From Candidatus Fermentimicrarchaeum limneticum (lineage in GTDB: Archaea; Micrarchaeota; Micrarchaeia; Burarchaeales; Fermentimicrarchaeaceae): 64,000 nt of DNA. How positions within the stretch are numbered: position 1 is the first letter of the stretch; every line of letters begins with the position of its first letter. Under the pieces are notes generated by a model. It was given only the letters and a program-made list of their open reading frames with translations, had not been told where the DNA came from and made no database searches. This document shows, one piece after another, positions 9,666 to 20,083 of this stretch. Made by a program: the position numbers and the translations under genes. The stretch covers positions 920,142-984,141 of the forward strand of contig CP058998.1 of the NCBI GenBank assembly GCA_013426015.1, read 5' to 3'.

Positions 9666-10553
9666 ATGAGGGAACAACTTGTACAAGAGGTAGCGGAGGT
9701 GCTTCTCAACTGCAACTACCTCTCTGTGTACTGCAGCCGGATACACAGCTGCTTTGATATGCTTGCGAAGAGGGAGAAGGAGGCGCTGCTTGTAAAGGTG
9801 CTGGAGAATATCGACGCATTCACAAAGCAGCAGGCAGAGGACATGAGGAAGATTGCTGGAATGCTTGCAGGCAACAGCTTCCTAGTGGGTGAGAAAAGCA
9901 ACGAGTACAAGTTGCAGGATGGGGTGCTCTACGAGAGGCACAAGGTTTCTACGGGCAATTTGAAAACATTCAAGGGAATTGTGGGTCGGGAGGAACTGCC
10001 AAAGATGAGGAAGTTCAGGGAATTGCTGGTTGATATCGACGAGGATAAGATGGTTAGGAGGAGGGGGGAGCTGAAGCTGAGTCTGGAGGGGCTTGCGAGG
10101 AAGTCCGGTATTTCTAAGGAGACGCTGTACAGGTATGAACATGGAAAGATTTATGCAAGCGAGGAGAACGCGAGAAGAATTGAGGAAATCTTAGGGATGG
10201 AAGTGAGGAAGTTCATAGACCCTTTCAGGGGAAGGCAGAAGTTCGTCAGTGAAGATACATTGATAAGCATGCTGGGCTTTGAGAGTGTGAAGATGATGAC
10301 AGCTCCCTTTGACATACTTGGGAAGGAGAGGAAGCTGCTCTTTGCGGGCGAGGAGGCGGACAGGAGGACCATGACGAAGAGGGCTGGGGTATATTCAAGT
10401 ATAATGGATGTGTTCGGCTCTGGCTCATGTTTCATTCTGAACAAATACAGCAAAGACAATATCGCAGGGATACCTGTTGTCAGAAAAAAGGAGATAAAGG
10501 AGATAAAAAAGGCAAAAGAGCTGATGAAGCTTATCGAGGAGAGGGGCGCTTAG
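9666..10553 (+). CDS. Archaeal XRE-type HTH transcriptional regulator (COG1395-like)
   Basis: SCFDMLAKR..LLVKVLENID N-domain, central HTH LSLEGLARKSGISKETLYRYE, APFD motif. Confidence 0.8.
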   Translation: MREQLVQEVAEVLLNCNYLSVYCSRIHSCFDMLAKREKEALLVKVLENIDAFTKQQAEDMRKIAGMLAGNSFLVGEKSNEYKLQDGVLYERHKVSTGNLKTFKGIVGREELPKMRKFRELLVDIDEDKMVRRRGELKLSLEGLARKSGISKETLYRYEHGKIYASEENARRIEEILGMEVRKFIDPFRGRQKFVSEDTLISMLGFESVKMMTAPFDILGKERKLLFAGEEADRRTMTKRAGVYSSIMDVFGSGSCFILNKYSKDNIAGIPVVRKKEIKEIKKAKELMKLIEERGA

Positions 10554-10977
10554 AGGACTTGAATCTTTTTGCCAGCCACGTTACAATTACTGAGAGAACT
10601 GCGGACAGCAGCGTGTTTTCGAGCATGATGAGTAGGAGCATCTGGAAGAGGGATTCCGCAGAGTCTGCAGCTGCACCAAGCACGGCTTTGCCGAAATAGT
10701 TCTTCCCAACCAAGCCGGATGCGCAGATTACGGAGGCAAACGTAAAACCTAGAACTGCACCGTTCAATGCAGATGTTTTTAATTCCTCATCCGCACGGGA
10801 GTATGCAACATAGGCGACTACCAGAAATGTTGCAAGAGTGAAGAGAAGGTTGCCTAGAGAGTAGGAGAAGATTGGTGGCAGGATACCTGAGATGATCAGC
10901 GCGGGTTCGAGTAATGAGAGGATGATAATCAGCAGAAGCGGCTGCGTCAGCGTCCTTTCCTTGGTTTTTTTCTTCAC
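10531..10977 (-). CDS. Hypothetical membrane protein (about 4 TM)
   Basis: Four hydrophobic segments. Confidence 0.6.
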   Translation of the reverse strand: MKKKTKERTLTQPLLLIIILSLLEPALIISGILPPIFSYSLGNLLFTLATFLVVAYVAYSRADEELKTSALNGAVLGFTFASVICASGLVGKNYFGKAVLGAAADSAESLFQMLLLIMLENTLLSAVLSVIVTWLAKRFKSSKRPSPR

Positions 10978-11110
10978 GACTGCATTTTGATTGTTTGTTT
11001 TAAATTACTTCCTGAAGGGGGAGGTTCTGGGAAATGTATTTAAATCTGTATGCATACATATATAGTAAAAATGCTGATTATATTAGTTGAAAATTTGGAG
11101 GTGTTTTTGA

Positions 11111-12778
11111 ATGGCAGGGGAAGCACAATTTGGCGGACAGTCTGTGCTCATTCTTCCGGAAGGAGCTCAGAGGCTTCTTGGTAGGGATGCGCAGAGGACG
11201 AACATAGCGGTAGCATGCGCGATTGGGAATATTGTGAGAACAACGCTGGGTCCAAGGGGAATGGACAAAATGTTGGTCAGTGAGATGGGCGACATCGTCA
11301 TAACCAACGACGGTGCTACAATTCTGGAGGAGATGAATGTGGAGCACCCGGCAGCGAAGATAATGGTGGAGATAGCGAAGACGCAGGACAAGGAAGTCGG
11401 CGATGGGACGACAACCGCTGTGATGCTTGGCGGTGAGCTGCTGAAGAGGGCTGGTGAGCTGCTTGATCAGGATATACACCCAAGCACCATCATAAGAGGT
11501 TACAAGCGCGCGGCAGGTTACTGCGAGAAAATACTGAGGAATATAAGCTACAAGGTGACCCTTGAGGACACGGAGACGCTGGAGAAGATTGCATCCATTT
11601 CGATGGGTTCAAAAACAGTTGGGTTCGGAAATGTGAAGGACAAGCTGGGGAAGTTGGTTGTGAGCGCAGTGAAGCAGGTCGCAGAGAGGAAGGATGGGAA
11701 GGTTGTTGTGGATGATGATTTCATAAAAGTGGAGAAGAAGGAGGGAGGCGACATAGACGACACCCAGCTTATAAATGGTGTGCTGATTGATAAGGAAGTG
11801 GTGCACCCCGGGATGCCGAAGAAGGTGGAGAACGCGAAAATTGCACTCGTGGATTCTGCATTGGAGATTGAGAAGACGGAGACGGATGCAAAGATAGAGA
11901 TTACGTCTCCTGAGCAGATGGAGGCTTTCCTGAAGCAGGAGGAGAAGATGCTGAGGGAGATGGTTGAGAAGATAGCCGCAAGCGGTGCGAATGTCGTCTT
12001 TTGCCAGAAGGGAATTGATGACGTCGCCCAACACTTCCTCGCGAAGAAGGGCTTGGTTGCGGTGAGGAGGGTGAAGAAGAGCGACATGGAGAAGCTTGCG
12101 AAGGCAACTGGTGCAAAGGTTGCAACCAGCTTGGATGACCTTACTGCAAAAGACCTGGGTTACGCTGGTCTGGTGGAGGAGAGGAAGATCGCGGGAGAGC
12201 AGATGGTCTTCGTTGAGAAGTGCAAAGACCCGAAGAGCGTCACCATATTCGTGAGGGCAAGCACAGAGCAAGTTGTGAATGAGGGGGAGAGGGCGATTGT
12301 CGACGGGATTGGTGCAGTGAGCAGCGCAGTTGAGGAAGGTGAGTACGTTGCAGGTGGAGGAAGCATTGAGATGCAGCTTGCAACAGAACTCAGGAAGTAC
12401 GCAACCGAGACCGGGGGCAGGGAGCAGCTTGCTATACAGGCATTTGCAGATACGCTGGAGATAGTCCCAAGGACTCTCTCAGAGAGCGCAGGGATGGATG
12501 TGATAGACACGCTGGCTGAGCTGAGGACAAGGCACAAGAGAGCGGATGGCAGGGATGCTGGAGTTGACGTCTACAACAGCAAGATCGCGGATATGAAGAA
12601 GCTTGGGGTGATAGAGCCGACCAAGGTGAAGACGCAGGCGATTGCAAGTGCAAGCGAGGCAGCTGCGATGCTGCTGAGGATAGACGACATGATAAGCGCA
12701 AAGGCGAGGATGCCGGCAGGAGGTCCTGGGGGACCAGGAGGAATGCCAGGCGGAATGGGTGGAGGGGATTACGAGTAG
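11111..12778 (+). CDS. ths: Thermosome subunit (group II chaperonin)
   Basis: [26 protein letters not shown] motifs and GGM-rich tail. Confidence 0.97.
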   Translation: MAGEAQFGGQSVLILPEGAQRLLGRDAQRTNIAVACAIGNIVRTTLGPRGMDKMLVSEMGDIVITNDGATILEEMNVEHPAAKIMVEIAKTQDKEVGDGTTTAVMLGGELLKRAGELLDQDIHPSTIIRGYKRAAGYCEKILRNISYKVTLEDTETLEKIASISMGSKTVGFGNVKDKLGKLVVSAVKQVAERKDGKVVVDDDFIKVEKKEGGDIDDTQLINGVLIDKEVVHPGMPKKVENAKIALVDSALEIEKTETDAKIEITSPEQMEAFLKQEEKMLREMVEKIAASGANVVFCQKGIDDVAQHFLAKKGLVAVRRVKKSDMEKLAKATGAKVATSLDDLTAKDLGYAGLVEERKIAGEQMVFVEKCKDPKSVTIFVRASTEQVVNEGERAIVDGIGAVSSAVEEGEYVAGGGSIEMQLATELRKYATETGGREQLAIQAFADTLEIVPRTLSESAGMDVIDTLAELRTRHKRADGRDAGVDVYNSKIADMKKLGVIEPTKVKTQAIASASEAAAMLLRIDDMISAKARMPAGGPGGPGGMPGGMGGGDYE

Positions 12779-12799
12779 TCTCTCCTCTTTTCCTTCTTT

Positions 12800-13552
12800 T
12801 TATTTTTCTACATATTTCAGAAGTTTTCTGCTTAGGGACTTGTTTGAAGCAATAATCGTCCTGTCAAATAACCCCCATGGTTTTCCTTTGAAGTTTATCA
12901 CTTCCCCTCCTGCCTCTTTTATGATGACGCAGGCTGCTGCAGCATCCCATGGTTGTATGTCGTTGTGAATGTATGCCTGCACCCTGTCCAATGCAACATC
13001 CGCAAGCCCTATGCTGGCGGAGCCCATGATGCGCACTGCCCTTGACACCGGAAGCAGCGCCTTCACCCTCTTCACTATGTGCCTGCTCCGCTCGTGCCCT
13101 AGGTCGGTTGCAACGATGCAGTTTATCAGTTTGTTTTCATTGCCGACCCTGGCCCGCCTTCCGTTAAGGTACGCGCCCTTCTTGTTTTCAGCATAGATGA
13201 ACTCGTTATGGTATGGATCGTAGATGACTCCTAAGAGAGGTTGCTTTCTGTAAGCAAGCCCTATTGAGATTGAGAAGCATGGAAGCCCTGCGGCGTAGTT
13301 CACTGTCCCGTCTATTGGGTCTATCACCCAGAGGTAGTTGGATTCCCCATGATGGCCGCCAGTCTCCTCCGCGAGTATGCCATGGTTGGGAAATTTCTTG
13401 TTTATTTCTTTTCTTATGAGATTTTCCACTTCCGTGTCGGCAGTCGTCACTATATCCTGCTTCGATTTCAGGCTGACCTTCATGCATCTCCTGAAGTGCT
13501 TCATCGCGATTGCTCCTGCCTTCTCAGCGGTTTTTAGTGCAAAGTCCATCAT
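12800..13552 (-). CDS. suhB: Inositol monophosphatase family protein
   Basis: AEE, WVIDPIDGTVNY and PWDAAA motifs. Confidence 0.9.
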   Translation of the reverse strand: MMDFALKTAEKAGAIAMKHFRRCMKVSLKSKQDIVTTADTEVENLIRKEINKKFPNHGILAEETGGHHGESNYLWVIDPIDGTVNYAAGLPCFSISIGLAYRKQPLLGVIYDPYHNEFIYAENKKGAYLNGRRARVGNENKLINCIVATDLGHERSRHIVKRVKALLPVSRAVRIMGSASIGLADVALDRVQAYIHNDIQPWDAAAACVIIKEAGGEVINFKGKPWGLFDRTIIASNKSLSRKLLKYVEK

Positions 13553-13565
13553 AGTAACACCGAGA

Positions 13566-13652
13566 CGGGCCCGGGGGGATTCGAACCCCCAACCAACTGG
13601 TCCGAAGCCTTGCGAGTTTCCTAGTCGCGCTGTCCAGTTGCGCCACGGGCCC
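13566..13652 (-). tRNA. tRNA-Arg(TCG) with 13-nt intron at non-canonical position 29/30 (13610-13622)
   Basis: Removing AGGAAACTCGCAA restores the anticodon arm ACTGG-CTTCGGA-CCAGT; acceptor GGGCCCG/CGGGCCC; T-arm GGGGG-TTCGAAT-CCCCC. Confidence 0.88.
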
Positions 13653-13679
13653 CAATAGATTTTGTAGCTGCATTAATAT

Positions 13680-14564
13680 TTACTTTGTTAGGACCCGGGC
13701 TGCATCCTTCTCAACAACCACGGTTAATTCGGCCTGCGAGACAAGCCCCTTCCCAGCATCCTTTAGTACGGGGTACTGGTGGAAAGAGCCGGAGAAGATG
13801 AGCTCCCGCAGAGCAGCGTGAAGAAGCAGTTTGGAGTGAAAGTCCTTGTACAACCATCTCTCCGCAAAGGGCAGGGTTCTGTAATTCTCCTCCACGTAGG
13901 TGAGCAGCCTCCTTGACTCCCTCATCCTTACCGGGAATTTTTCCTCAAGCGCGAATATCTCAACCTCGGGTGATTCCGATACTCTCCCCTCGCCGTTTGT
14001 TGCGAATGGTTCGATTGCAAGCACCATCCCTTCCTGCAGGGGATTCGGATCCTTGTTGTCGATGTTTGGGATTTCAACTCCTGCGTGCAGCTCATACTCG
14101 CCCAGGGAATGGCCGGTGAGGTTTGCTATTGGCTTGAAGCCGTATCCCTTTATTGCTGTTTCCACCTCTGCGCCAATCTCCCAGAGCTTGACCCCTGCGC
14201 GCACTGTGCATACCGCAGCATCCAAAGCTTTCTCCGCGGCCTCAACAAGCTTGCCGTTCTCGTTTGACAAATCCACGGTGAGGGCGTTGTCTCCGATAAA
14301 ACCGTCGATATGAACGCCAACATCCAGCTTCACAACGTCTTTCTCCCCGAAAACAAGCGTGCTGTCCTTCTCCGGCGTGAAGTGCGCCGCGGCCTCGTTT
14401 ATTGATATGTTTACCGGAAAGGCTGGTTTCGCCCCCTTCTCCCTTATCTTGCCCTCCGCAGCTTCAGCTAGCTCAAGCAGCTTCGCCCCTGGCTTGATTA
14501 ACTGCTTGCACTCCTGCAGCACTTCATATGCAATCCTGCCGGCTTTCTCGTATTTCTCAATCAT
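13680..14564 (-). CDS. map: Methionine aminopeptidase type II
   Basis: AFPVNIS..AAHFTP, DVGVHIDGFIGD, NLTGH and AIEPFAT motifs. Confidence 0.95.
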   Translation of the reverse strand: MIEKYEKAGRIAYEVLQECKQLIKPGAKLLELAEAAEGKIREKGAKPAFPVNISINEAAAHFTPEKDSTLVFGEKDVVKLDVGVHIDGFIGDNALTVDLSNENGKLVEAAEKALDAAVCTVRAGVKLWEIGAEVETAIKGYGFKPIANLTGHSLGEYELHAGVEIPNIDNKDPNPLQEGMVLAIEPFATNGEGRVSESPEVEIFALEEKFPVRMRESRRLLTYVEENYRTLPFAERWLYKDFHSKLLLHAALRELIFSGSFHQYPVLKDAGKGLVSQAELTVVVEKDAARVLTK

Positions 14565-15213
14565 TTTCCAGCCTCTCTATTATCGCGGGAAGCTCGCTGA
14601 TTTTATTTATTCGGTAATCCCCCTCCTTGCTGGGATGGGACGAAACAAGAACAGTGGTTATCCCAAGCTTCCTTGCTGGCCGTATGTCCTTCTCAATACT
14701 GTCTCCGACCATCATGATTTCTTGTGGTTTTAGTTTAAGCTTCGTGAGAACTGATCTGTAGAACTTTTCTGATTTCCTTGATGTTACGAAAACATCGTGA
14801 AATATATTATGCAAGCCAAGCCTTATGAGCTTATCCCACTGCTTCAGGGCTCTGCCTTCGGATGCGACGCAGATTCTGTATCCCTTCTCTCTGAGCTGGA
14901 TTATTGTTTTCGGTACGTCAGGATAGGGGAATATGCTGGCTTTTGCCTGGTGGTAGGCGACGATTCCAGCAGCTATTATCTTGGGGTCGTTCCCCATGCT
15001 GAGTTCCCGCAGAAGGGCATTGAAGTGCTTGGGGTAGTTCGGCCCGTACTTTTTGATAATCTTTTTCAGTTTTGCGTACGTTTCGGTTGCATCAGCATCC
15101 AGCCCTGCCTCAATCATCGCATTTATGGCATTTCTCCTTGCAAGCTCTGCAAACTCGCCTGATGGGAAGAGGGTGTTGTCAATGTCGAAGAGGATTGCCT
15201 TTATCAATGCCAA
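14557..15213 (-). CDS. HAD-superfamily hydrolase
   Basis: FDIDNTL and MVGDSIEKDI motifs. Confidence 0.88.
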   Translation of the reverse strand: MALIKAILFDIDNTLFPSGEFAELARRNAINAMIEAGLDADATETYAKLKKIIKKYGPNYPKHFNALLRELSMGNDPKIIAAGIVAYHQAKASIFPYPDVPKTIIQLREKGYRICVASEGRALKQWDKLIRLGLHNIFHDVFVTSRKSEKFYRSVLTKLKLKPQEIMMVGDSIEKDIRPARKLGITTVLVSSHPSKEGDYRINKISELPAIIERLEND

Positions 15214-17585
15214 TCACCCAGGCTGGACTGCTTGCCCCCGAGCAGCAGGTCGTCCTTCTTCACTCCCAGTTCCTTCAGGATTTTCAGCACGGCAGGTATG
15301 ACTTGGTGGTTGATGTAGTAGTCCGCGTCGTAATCCTGAGCTTGATCCACGGGCACTGCTTTATCCGATATGCTCGTCCCCTTCCTTGTTATTACATAGC
15401 TTATGAGCGAGCCTTCCTCAACTAGCATGCCTGCCTTCATTGCCTTCTTTGCAGCTTCCAATTCGGGTGAGGTGATCTCATATTTTCCAATGCACTTCTT
15501 GAGTTGGGTGTATATCACAAGTTCATCAAGCGGGGTTTTGCCCGCCCTCAGTTCATCAATCTTGTCCATCACAATCTTCACCGCCTTCTCCTTACTGCCC
15601 TCCTTGAGGATTGCTCCAAGAACCTGCTCCTGGACACTCTTTGCGACGCCCGCCCAGTCCCTTCTAACCAGCTCGAAGCCGCGTATCTTTATCCTGCCGT
15701 CCTCCCCAATCATCGCATATTTCTTCTTTGCTCCTTTTGCCTCCGCCTTCTTGCTCACGAAAACTCCTCTTGTGTAGAACCCTTCAAGCTCCAGCTCCAT
15801 CTTCTCAGGCAGCTCGGAGTTTATCCTGTCGACAAACTCAAGCGCGTCCTTCTTCTTTTTGTCTCCGAGCAGCAGCATGAGGGAGTCAGTGTCTCCGTAA
15901 AGGACCTTGAAGCCTGCCTCTTCTGCCTTCTTCATTGTTTCCTGTATGTAGTGCCTGCCCCAGGCGGTTGTGCTCTCCCCGGCTTCCTTGGAGTACCAGC
16001 GCGAGCGCGGGTAGAGCAGGTAGCCGTAGAATGAGTTTGCGGTTATCTTCAGAGCCTGCTGCCTTGCGTCAAGCTGTATGTACTCATCACTGCCGGGCTG
16101 GAGTGCCTTCATCTTCTTTTTTATCTCCGCCCTTTTCTGCAGCAGTTCGCCAAGCACAGATGGGATAAGGCCTTTCTTCTTCCTGCAGAAGCGGTGCCCT
16201 ACTGGTGAAACGAACGCATCCTTGCAGCAGTCGCAGTTCAGGGTGAACGGGTCGATGTTGTGGGATATAATGATGGAGGGATACAGGGAGCGGAAGTCGA
16301 AAACAACCAGACTGTCGTAGATTCCCGGCTCCGGCATCTTGACGAACGCGCCGACTGCAGGCGATGCCGCCCGGGCGGTTATCTCCTCCTCCTTGGGTTG
16401 GTTCGGCACGACCATGTTCTCCCAATGCGCCCTGTTCATCAGGAGCTGCTCAACAATCGTTCCTGTGGAGGAGCCGCATATGTCGAAGAGCGGAACCTTT
16501 GACAGCTTGGAAATCTCGTATTCCATGGGGAGGAGCCTGTCTGCAAGCTCCTTTGTCGCAACCGCATCATTCAGGGAGTACTCGGCAAGCTCGCCACACT
16601 TCAGATGGTCATCCCAGTACCTCCATATCTCCAGTTTCGGCAGCACTTTCTTTTTCTTCCCAGTTATCTCGGAATAAACCTCTGTAAGGGTGTACTTGAA
16701 TGTTTTCAGAGAACCGATGGTTGCAAGGAAGCGTATTATGTGGAACAGGTCCATGTGAATTCTACCCGTAATTTTTGCCTTTGTTATGCGGCCCCTTCTC
16801 TGCAGCCTGAAGCTGGAGCCGTCCCTTCCAAGCGGGAGGGGAATTTTCAGAGCTGCTGCTCTGTCCTTCAGGTAGGGCAGGTCGAACTGGCTGGAGTTGT
16901 AGCCGATGAGGAGTTCAACGTTCTTCTCCTTGAGGAGGCTGCAGAACTTGCCTATCATCTCCTTCTCATCTGCGCATGCGTGAATGAATGGCTTGTCTAT
17001 CCGCCTTGTCGTGAGCACCCCCGCGGATTCATCTGCGTAGCTTATCATTATCACGGGGTCCTTGTTCGGGCGGGGCGCGCCCTGCGGGTTGTAGGTCTCA
17101 ATGTCAAAAGCCATTGTGTTGAATTTCAATGAGGGCGCGTCATGGATCTTTGTTATCTTCTTCAGTTCCCTGCCCTCCCTCTCGAATTCAACTACGCCAA
17201 GGGGGAGCAGCCCCTTGTCGATGATGTATCTTCTCGTGAAGGGGATGTTGTGTTCGTAGGTTGTCCCGAACTTCGTTATCTCCTCCCTGAGAACGGGAAC
17301 ATCCCTCGGGTGGTTGCATATTATTCTGAGAAGCTCCCTTTCCTTTCCGGATAGAAGCATCCTAGCCTTCTCAATTCTCTTCACCTTGAAAACGACGCCC
17401 TTCTCCTCAACCACGAGCTGCTCAATCTCTTTTTTGGCATCCTCCAGATCCTCGGTGTAGAGGTAGAAGTACGGCTCGAAAGAACGGTCGTATACCCTGA
17501 AGAATTTCTTCCCTTTGAGGAGTAGGGAAATAACCGGCTCGGAACCTTTCGTTTTGTAACTGACGTCAACGAGGATGCCCTTCAT
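15204..17585 (-). CDS. polB: Family B DNA polymerase (no intein)
   Basis: Exonuclease motifs FDIET and YNSSQFD; polymerase motifs DFRSLYPSII, KITANSFYGY, YGDTDS and KKKY. Confidence 0.97.
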   Translation of the reverse strand: MKGILVDVSYKTKGSEPVISLLLKGKKFFRVYDRSFEPYFYLYTEDLEDAKKEIEQLVVEEKGVVFKVKRIEKARMLLSGKERELLRIICNHPRDVPVLREEITKFGTTYEHNIPFTRRYIIDKGLLPLGVVEFEREGRELKKITKIHDAPSLKFNTMAFDIETYNPQGAPRPNKDPVIMISYADESAGVLTTRRIDKPFIHACADEKEMIGKFCSLLKEKNVELLIGYNSSQFDLPYLKDRAAALKIPLPLGRDGSSFRLQRRGRITKAKITGRIHMDLFHIIRFLATIGSLKTFKYTLTEVYSEITGKKKKVLPKLEIWRYWDDHLKCGELAEYSLNDAVATKELADRLLPMEYEISKLSKVPLFDICGSSTGTIVEQLLMNRAHWENMVVPNQPKEEEITARAASPAVGAFVKMPEPGIYDSLVVFDFRSLYPSIIISHNIDPFTLNCDCCKDAFVSPVGHRFCRKKKGLIPSVLGELLQKRAEIKKKMKALQPGSDEYIQLDARQQALKITANSFYGYLLYPRSRWYSKEAGESTTAWGRHYIQETMKKAEEAGFKVLYGDTDSLMLLLGDKKKKDALEFVDRINSELPEKMELELEGFYTRGVFVSKKAEAKGAKKKYAMIGEDGRIKIRGFELVRRDWAGVAKSVQEQVLGAILKEGSKEKAVKIVMDKIDELRAGKTPLDELVIYTQLKKCIGKYEITSPELEAAKKAMKAGMLVEEGSLISYVITRKGTSISDKAVPVDQAQDYDADYYINHQVIPAVLKILKELGVKKDDLLLGGKQSSLGDWH

Positions 17586-17623
17586 GTTATTAATTTTTTA
17601 ATCTAACCATTAAAAAGATAATC

Positions 17624-18274
17624 ATGGGTGGGAGGTCAAACGCGGCAAAGAAGGCTCTGGAGTTTGTGAAAAGCGGCATGGTTGTGGGGTTAGGCACGGG
17701 CAGGACTTCCGAGATTTTCATAAAGCTGCTTGCCAAAAAGAAGCTGAGAATCATCTGTGTGCCCACCTCCAAAAGGAGCGAGAGAGTTGCAAGGAGGGCA
17801 GGGCTGGTTGTGAAGGAATTGAATGAAGTGAAGAGAGTGGACGTGGCGGTGGACGGAGCTGATCAGGTAGACAAAGGTTTGAACCTGATTAAGGGGTATG
17901 GCGGGGCGCTCTTCAGGGAGAAGATTGTGGACTACGCAGCGAAGAGGTTTGTCGTCATTGTTGATGAGAGCAAACTCAGAGATGAATTGGAGGGCTGGGT
18001 GCCGCTGGAAGTTTCCTCCTTTGCAGTCGAGCAGGTCAGGAGAGAGCTGGGGTGGCTGGGTGCGGATAGCAGGCTGAGAATGAAGGGAAAGAAGAGATTC
18101 ATAACTGACAACAGGAATGTGATTGTGGATGCATATTTTGAGAGGATAAACGGCCCGGAGAAGCTGCATGAGACGCTGAAAGACATTCCAGGGGTCATTG
18201 AGACTGGTATTTTTGCGGGCGGGGTTTGGAAAGTAATAATTGGTAGTGAAAAGGGAGTTAGATTGCTTAGTTGA
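17624..18274 (+). CDS. rpiA: Ribose-5-phosphate isomerase A
   Basis: GLGTGRT, DGADQV and IKGYGGALFREK motifs. Confidence 0.95.
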   Translation: MGGRSNAAKKALEFVKSGMVVGLGTGRTSEIFIKLLAKKKLRIICVPTSKRSERVARRAGLVVKELNEVKRVDVAVDGADQVDKGLNLIKGYGGALFREKIVDYAAKRFVVIVDESKLRDELEGWVPLEVSSFAVEQVRRELGWLGADSRLRMKGKKRFITDNRNVIVDAYFERINGPEKLHETLKDIPGVIETGIFAGGVWKVIIGSEKGVRLLS

Positions 18275-18385
18275 TGGAGCAACTGGCTTTCATCTGATAA
18301 CGGCTTTGACATAAATTCACCTTCACTGGAAAGTTACCCCCCTTCAAGAGGTTTATAAAGGGAAAAATCGACGTAAATAACGTCT

Positions 18386-19537
18386 ATGAGAGCTTACAAA
18401 TTTAGAATCTATCCTTCAAAAAAGCAAGAAGAAGAAATGTGCAGGCACTTGTGGATATCAAAAGAACTCTGGAATGAAATGCTTGCTTTTACAAAGGAGA
18501 TTTATAACAACTATGAAAAATTCCCAACAAAGAGAACATTAAGAGAGTTGGTTAAAGATAGCGGCTTGTTTTCACAAGTAGGGCAAGAACTTGTTGATAG
18601 ATTGGTTGATGCCCTTCATAGGAAAATAAGTATGAAGAAAAAAGGAGAGAAAGGCGGCTTCCCGCGCTTCAAATCTCTTGACAGGATGAAGAGCCTGCAG
18701 TATCCACAGTATGAAACTGGGTTTTGGTTGGATAAGAAACTCAAAGTCACCCCTTTTGGCGAGATTGCAATAAAGAGGCACAGGGATATCAAAGGAAGAA
18801 TCAAAACGCTGACTCTGAAGAGGGAATCTCCCGGAAAGTGGTTTGCTATATTCTGTGTTGAAACACCCAAAGAAGCTCCAAAAGAAAACAAAGGAGAAGC
18901 AGTTGGAATTGACTTGGGGCTGAAAACATTTGCAACATTATCAAACAGTCTGAAGATAGACAATCCAAGGCATCTCATGCAGCATGAGGAAGAGCTTGCA
19001 TTCATACAAAGAAAGTTCTCAAGGAAAAAGAAAGGAAGCATCAGCAGAAAGAAGGCAAGGCTGAATGTTGCACGGCTGCATGAGAAGATAGCGAATACGA
19101 GAGCAGACTTCCTTCATAAAACATCAACACAACTTGTCAATGATTATTCCATTATTGCATTGGAAAAACTTGCCTCACAGGAGATGGCAGAACAGAGATA
19201 TGGCAAGCAGATAAATGATGCGGGTTGGAATATGTTTGCAAACATGCTTGCATACAAGGCGGAGGGAGCTGGATGCAGAGTGGTGTTTGTAGACTCGGAG
19301 AATACAACTCAGGAGTGCAGCAACTGCCACCAGATAGTCCAGAAAGACCTGACAGAAAGGATGCACAACTGCCCTTTCTGCGGACTGAGTATGGACAGAG
19401 ACTTAAATGCTGCACGCAATATACTCATGAGAGCTACCCCTGGGCAAGGGGGAAGTAACGCCTGCAATTCCTTGCAGAAGGAGAGAGATGTTGCAGAAGC
19501 AACGTCAATGAAGCAGGAAGCCCACACCTATCCATAG
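18386..19537 (+). CDS. tnpB: TnpB RNA-guided endonuclease
   Basis: RAYKFRIYP N-terminus, GFPRFK, RuvC-I GIDLG, RuvC-II ALEKL, zinc finger CSNC/CPFC, RuvC-III DRDLNAARNI; D/E/D triad intact. Confidence 0.95.
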   Translation: MRAYKFRIYPSKKQEEEMCRHLWISKELWNEMLAFTKEIYNNYEKFPTKRTLRELVKDSGLFSQVGQELVDRLVDALHRKISMKKKGEKGGFPRFKSLDRMKSLQYPQYETGFWLDKKLKVTPFGEIAIKRHRDIKGRIKTLTLKRESPGKWFAIFCVETPKEAPKENKGEAVGIDLGLKTFATLSNSLKIDNPRHLMQHEEELAFIQRKFSRKKKGSISRKKARLNVARLHEKIANTRADFLHKTSTQLVNDYSIIALEKLASQEMAEQRYGKQINDAGWNMFANMLAYKAEGAGCRVVFVDSENTTQECSNCHQIVQKDLTERMHNCPFCGLSMDRDLNAARNILMRATPGQGGSNACNSLQKERDVAEATSMKQEAHTYP

Positions 19538-19551
19538 GTGGAGTATGTCAC
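19434..19551 (+). ncRNA. Putative omegaRNA (reRNA) scaffold overlapping the tnpB 3' end; guide predicted from 19552
   Basis: Hairpins CCCCT-GGGCA-AGGGG and TGCAA-TTCC-TTGCA plus the right-end hairpin, conserved in a second copy at 21822-21939. The 5' boundary is approximate. Confidence 0.7.
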
Positions 19552-19582
19552 GTATATATTAATCCTGCTTCTTTATTTATTC

Positions 19583-20083
19583 ATGAGAAAACTGCCGGAG
19601 AGTTTGAGGCTGGAACTCAGGAGGCCTTTTGGAAGGGTTTTGAACAATAAACAGCTGATTTCAGAGCTTGGGAAGAGGAAGGGGATTCTCATATCTGTTG
19701 GCGACGAGTGCTCATATGATATTATAAAGGCGGGGATAATGCCGGATATTGTGGTTTACGACCTGAGGATAAAGAGGAAAGATGTGATCGGCGATATCCG
19801 GGATGTCCTTAGTAGATTTGATGATGGAGAGGTTATAGTGCACAACCCGCCTAGCGTTATAATGGATGAGTTGGTCGCAAGCGTGAAGGATGCGTTGGAG
19901 AAGGGGGCAGGGAAGATACTTGTGAACGGGGAGGAGGATTTGGCTGCGCTGGTTGTAATGATGTACGCTCCGGATGGGGCCCTTGTTGTCTACGGGCAAC
20001 CGGACGAGGGCGCTGTTCTTGTTGAGATGAATGACGAAGTAAGGGAGAGGGCAGTGAGGTCTTTTGAGAGTATGGAGGAATAA
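19583..20083 (+). CDS. DUF359 family protein (GTP-dependent dephospho-CoA kinase)
   Basis: LRLELRRPFG, SVGD, NPPSVI, GEEDLAAL and YGQPDEG motifs. Confidence 0.88.
   Translation: MRKLPESLRLELRRPFGRVLNNKQLISELGKRKGILISVGDECSYDIIKAGIMPDIVVYDLRIKRKDVIGDIRDVLSRFDDGEVIVHNPPSVIMDELVASVKDALEKGAGKILVNGEEDLAALVVMMYAPDGALVVYGQPDEGAVLVEMNDEVRERAVRSFESMEE

Larger units (their letters stand above)
18322..19551 (+). mobile_element. IS200/IS605-family element (tnpB only; left end not recognisable)
   Basis: tnpB ORF and right-end hairpin GAAG-CCCAC...GGTGG ending TCAC at 19551; the segment 18322-18358 is shared with 21753-21790. Confidence 0.8.

Noticed and set aside
12712..12778. GGP/GGM low-complexity repeat
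   Set aside because: Ordinary chaperonin C-terminal tail.
15204..17585. Intein or inactivated PolB
   Set aside because: Normal length (793 aa) and all catalytic motifs contiguous and intact.
19538..19582. N-terminal extension of the DUF359 ORF
   Set aside because: Overlaps the IS right end and guide; ATG 19583 fits the family start.
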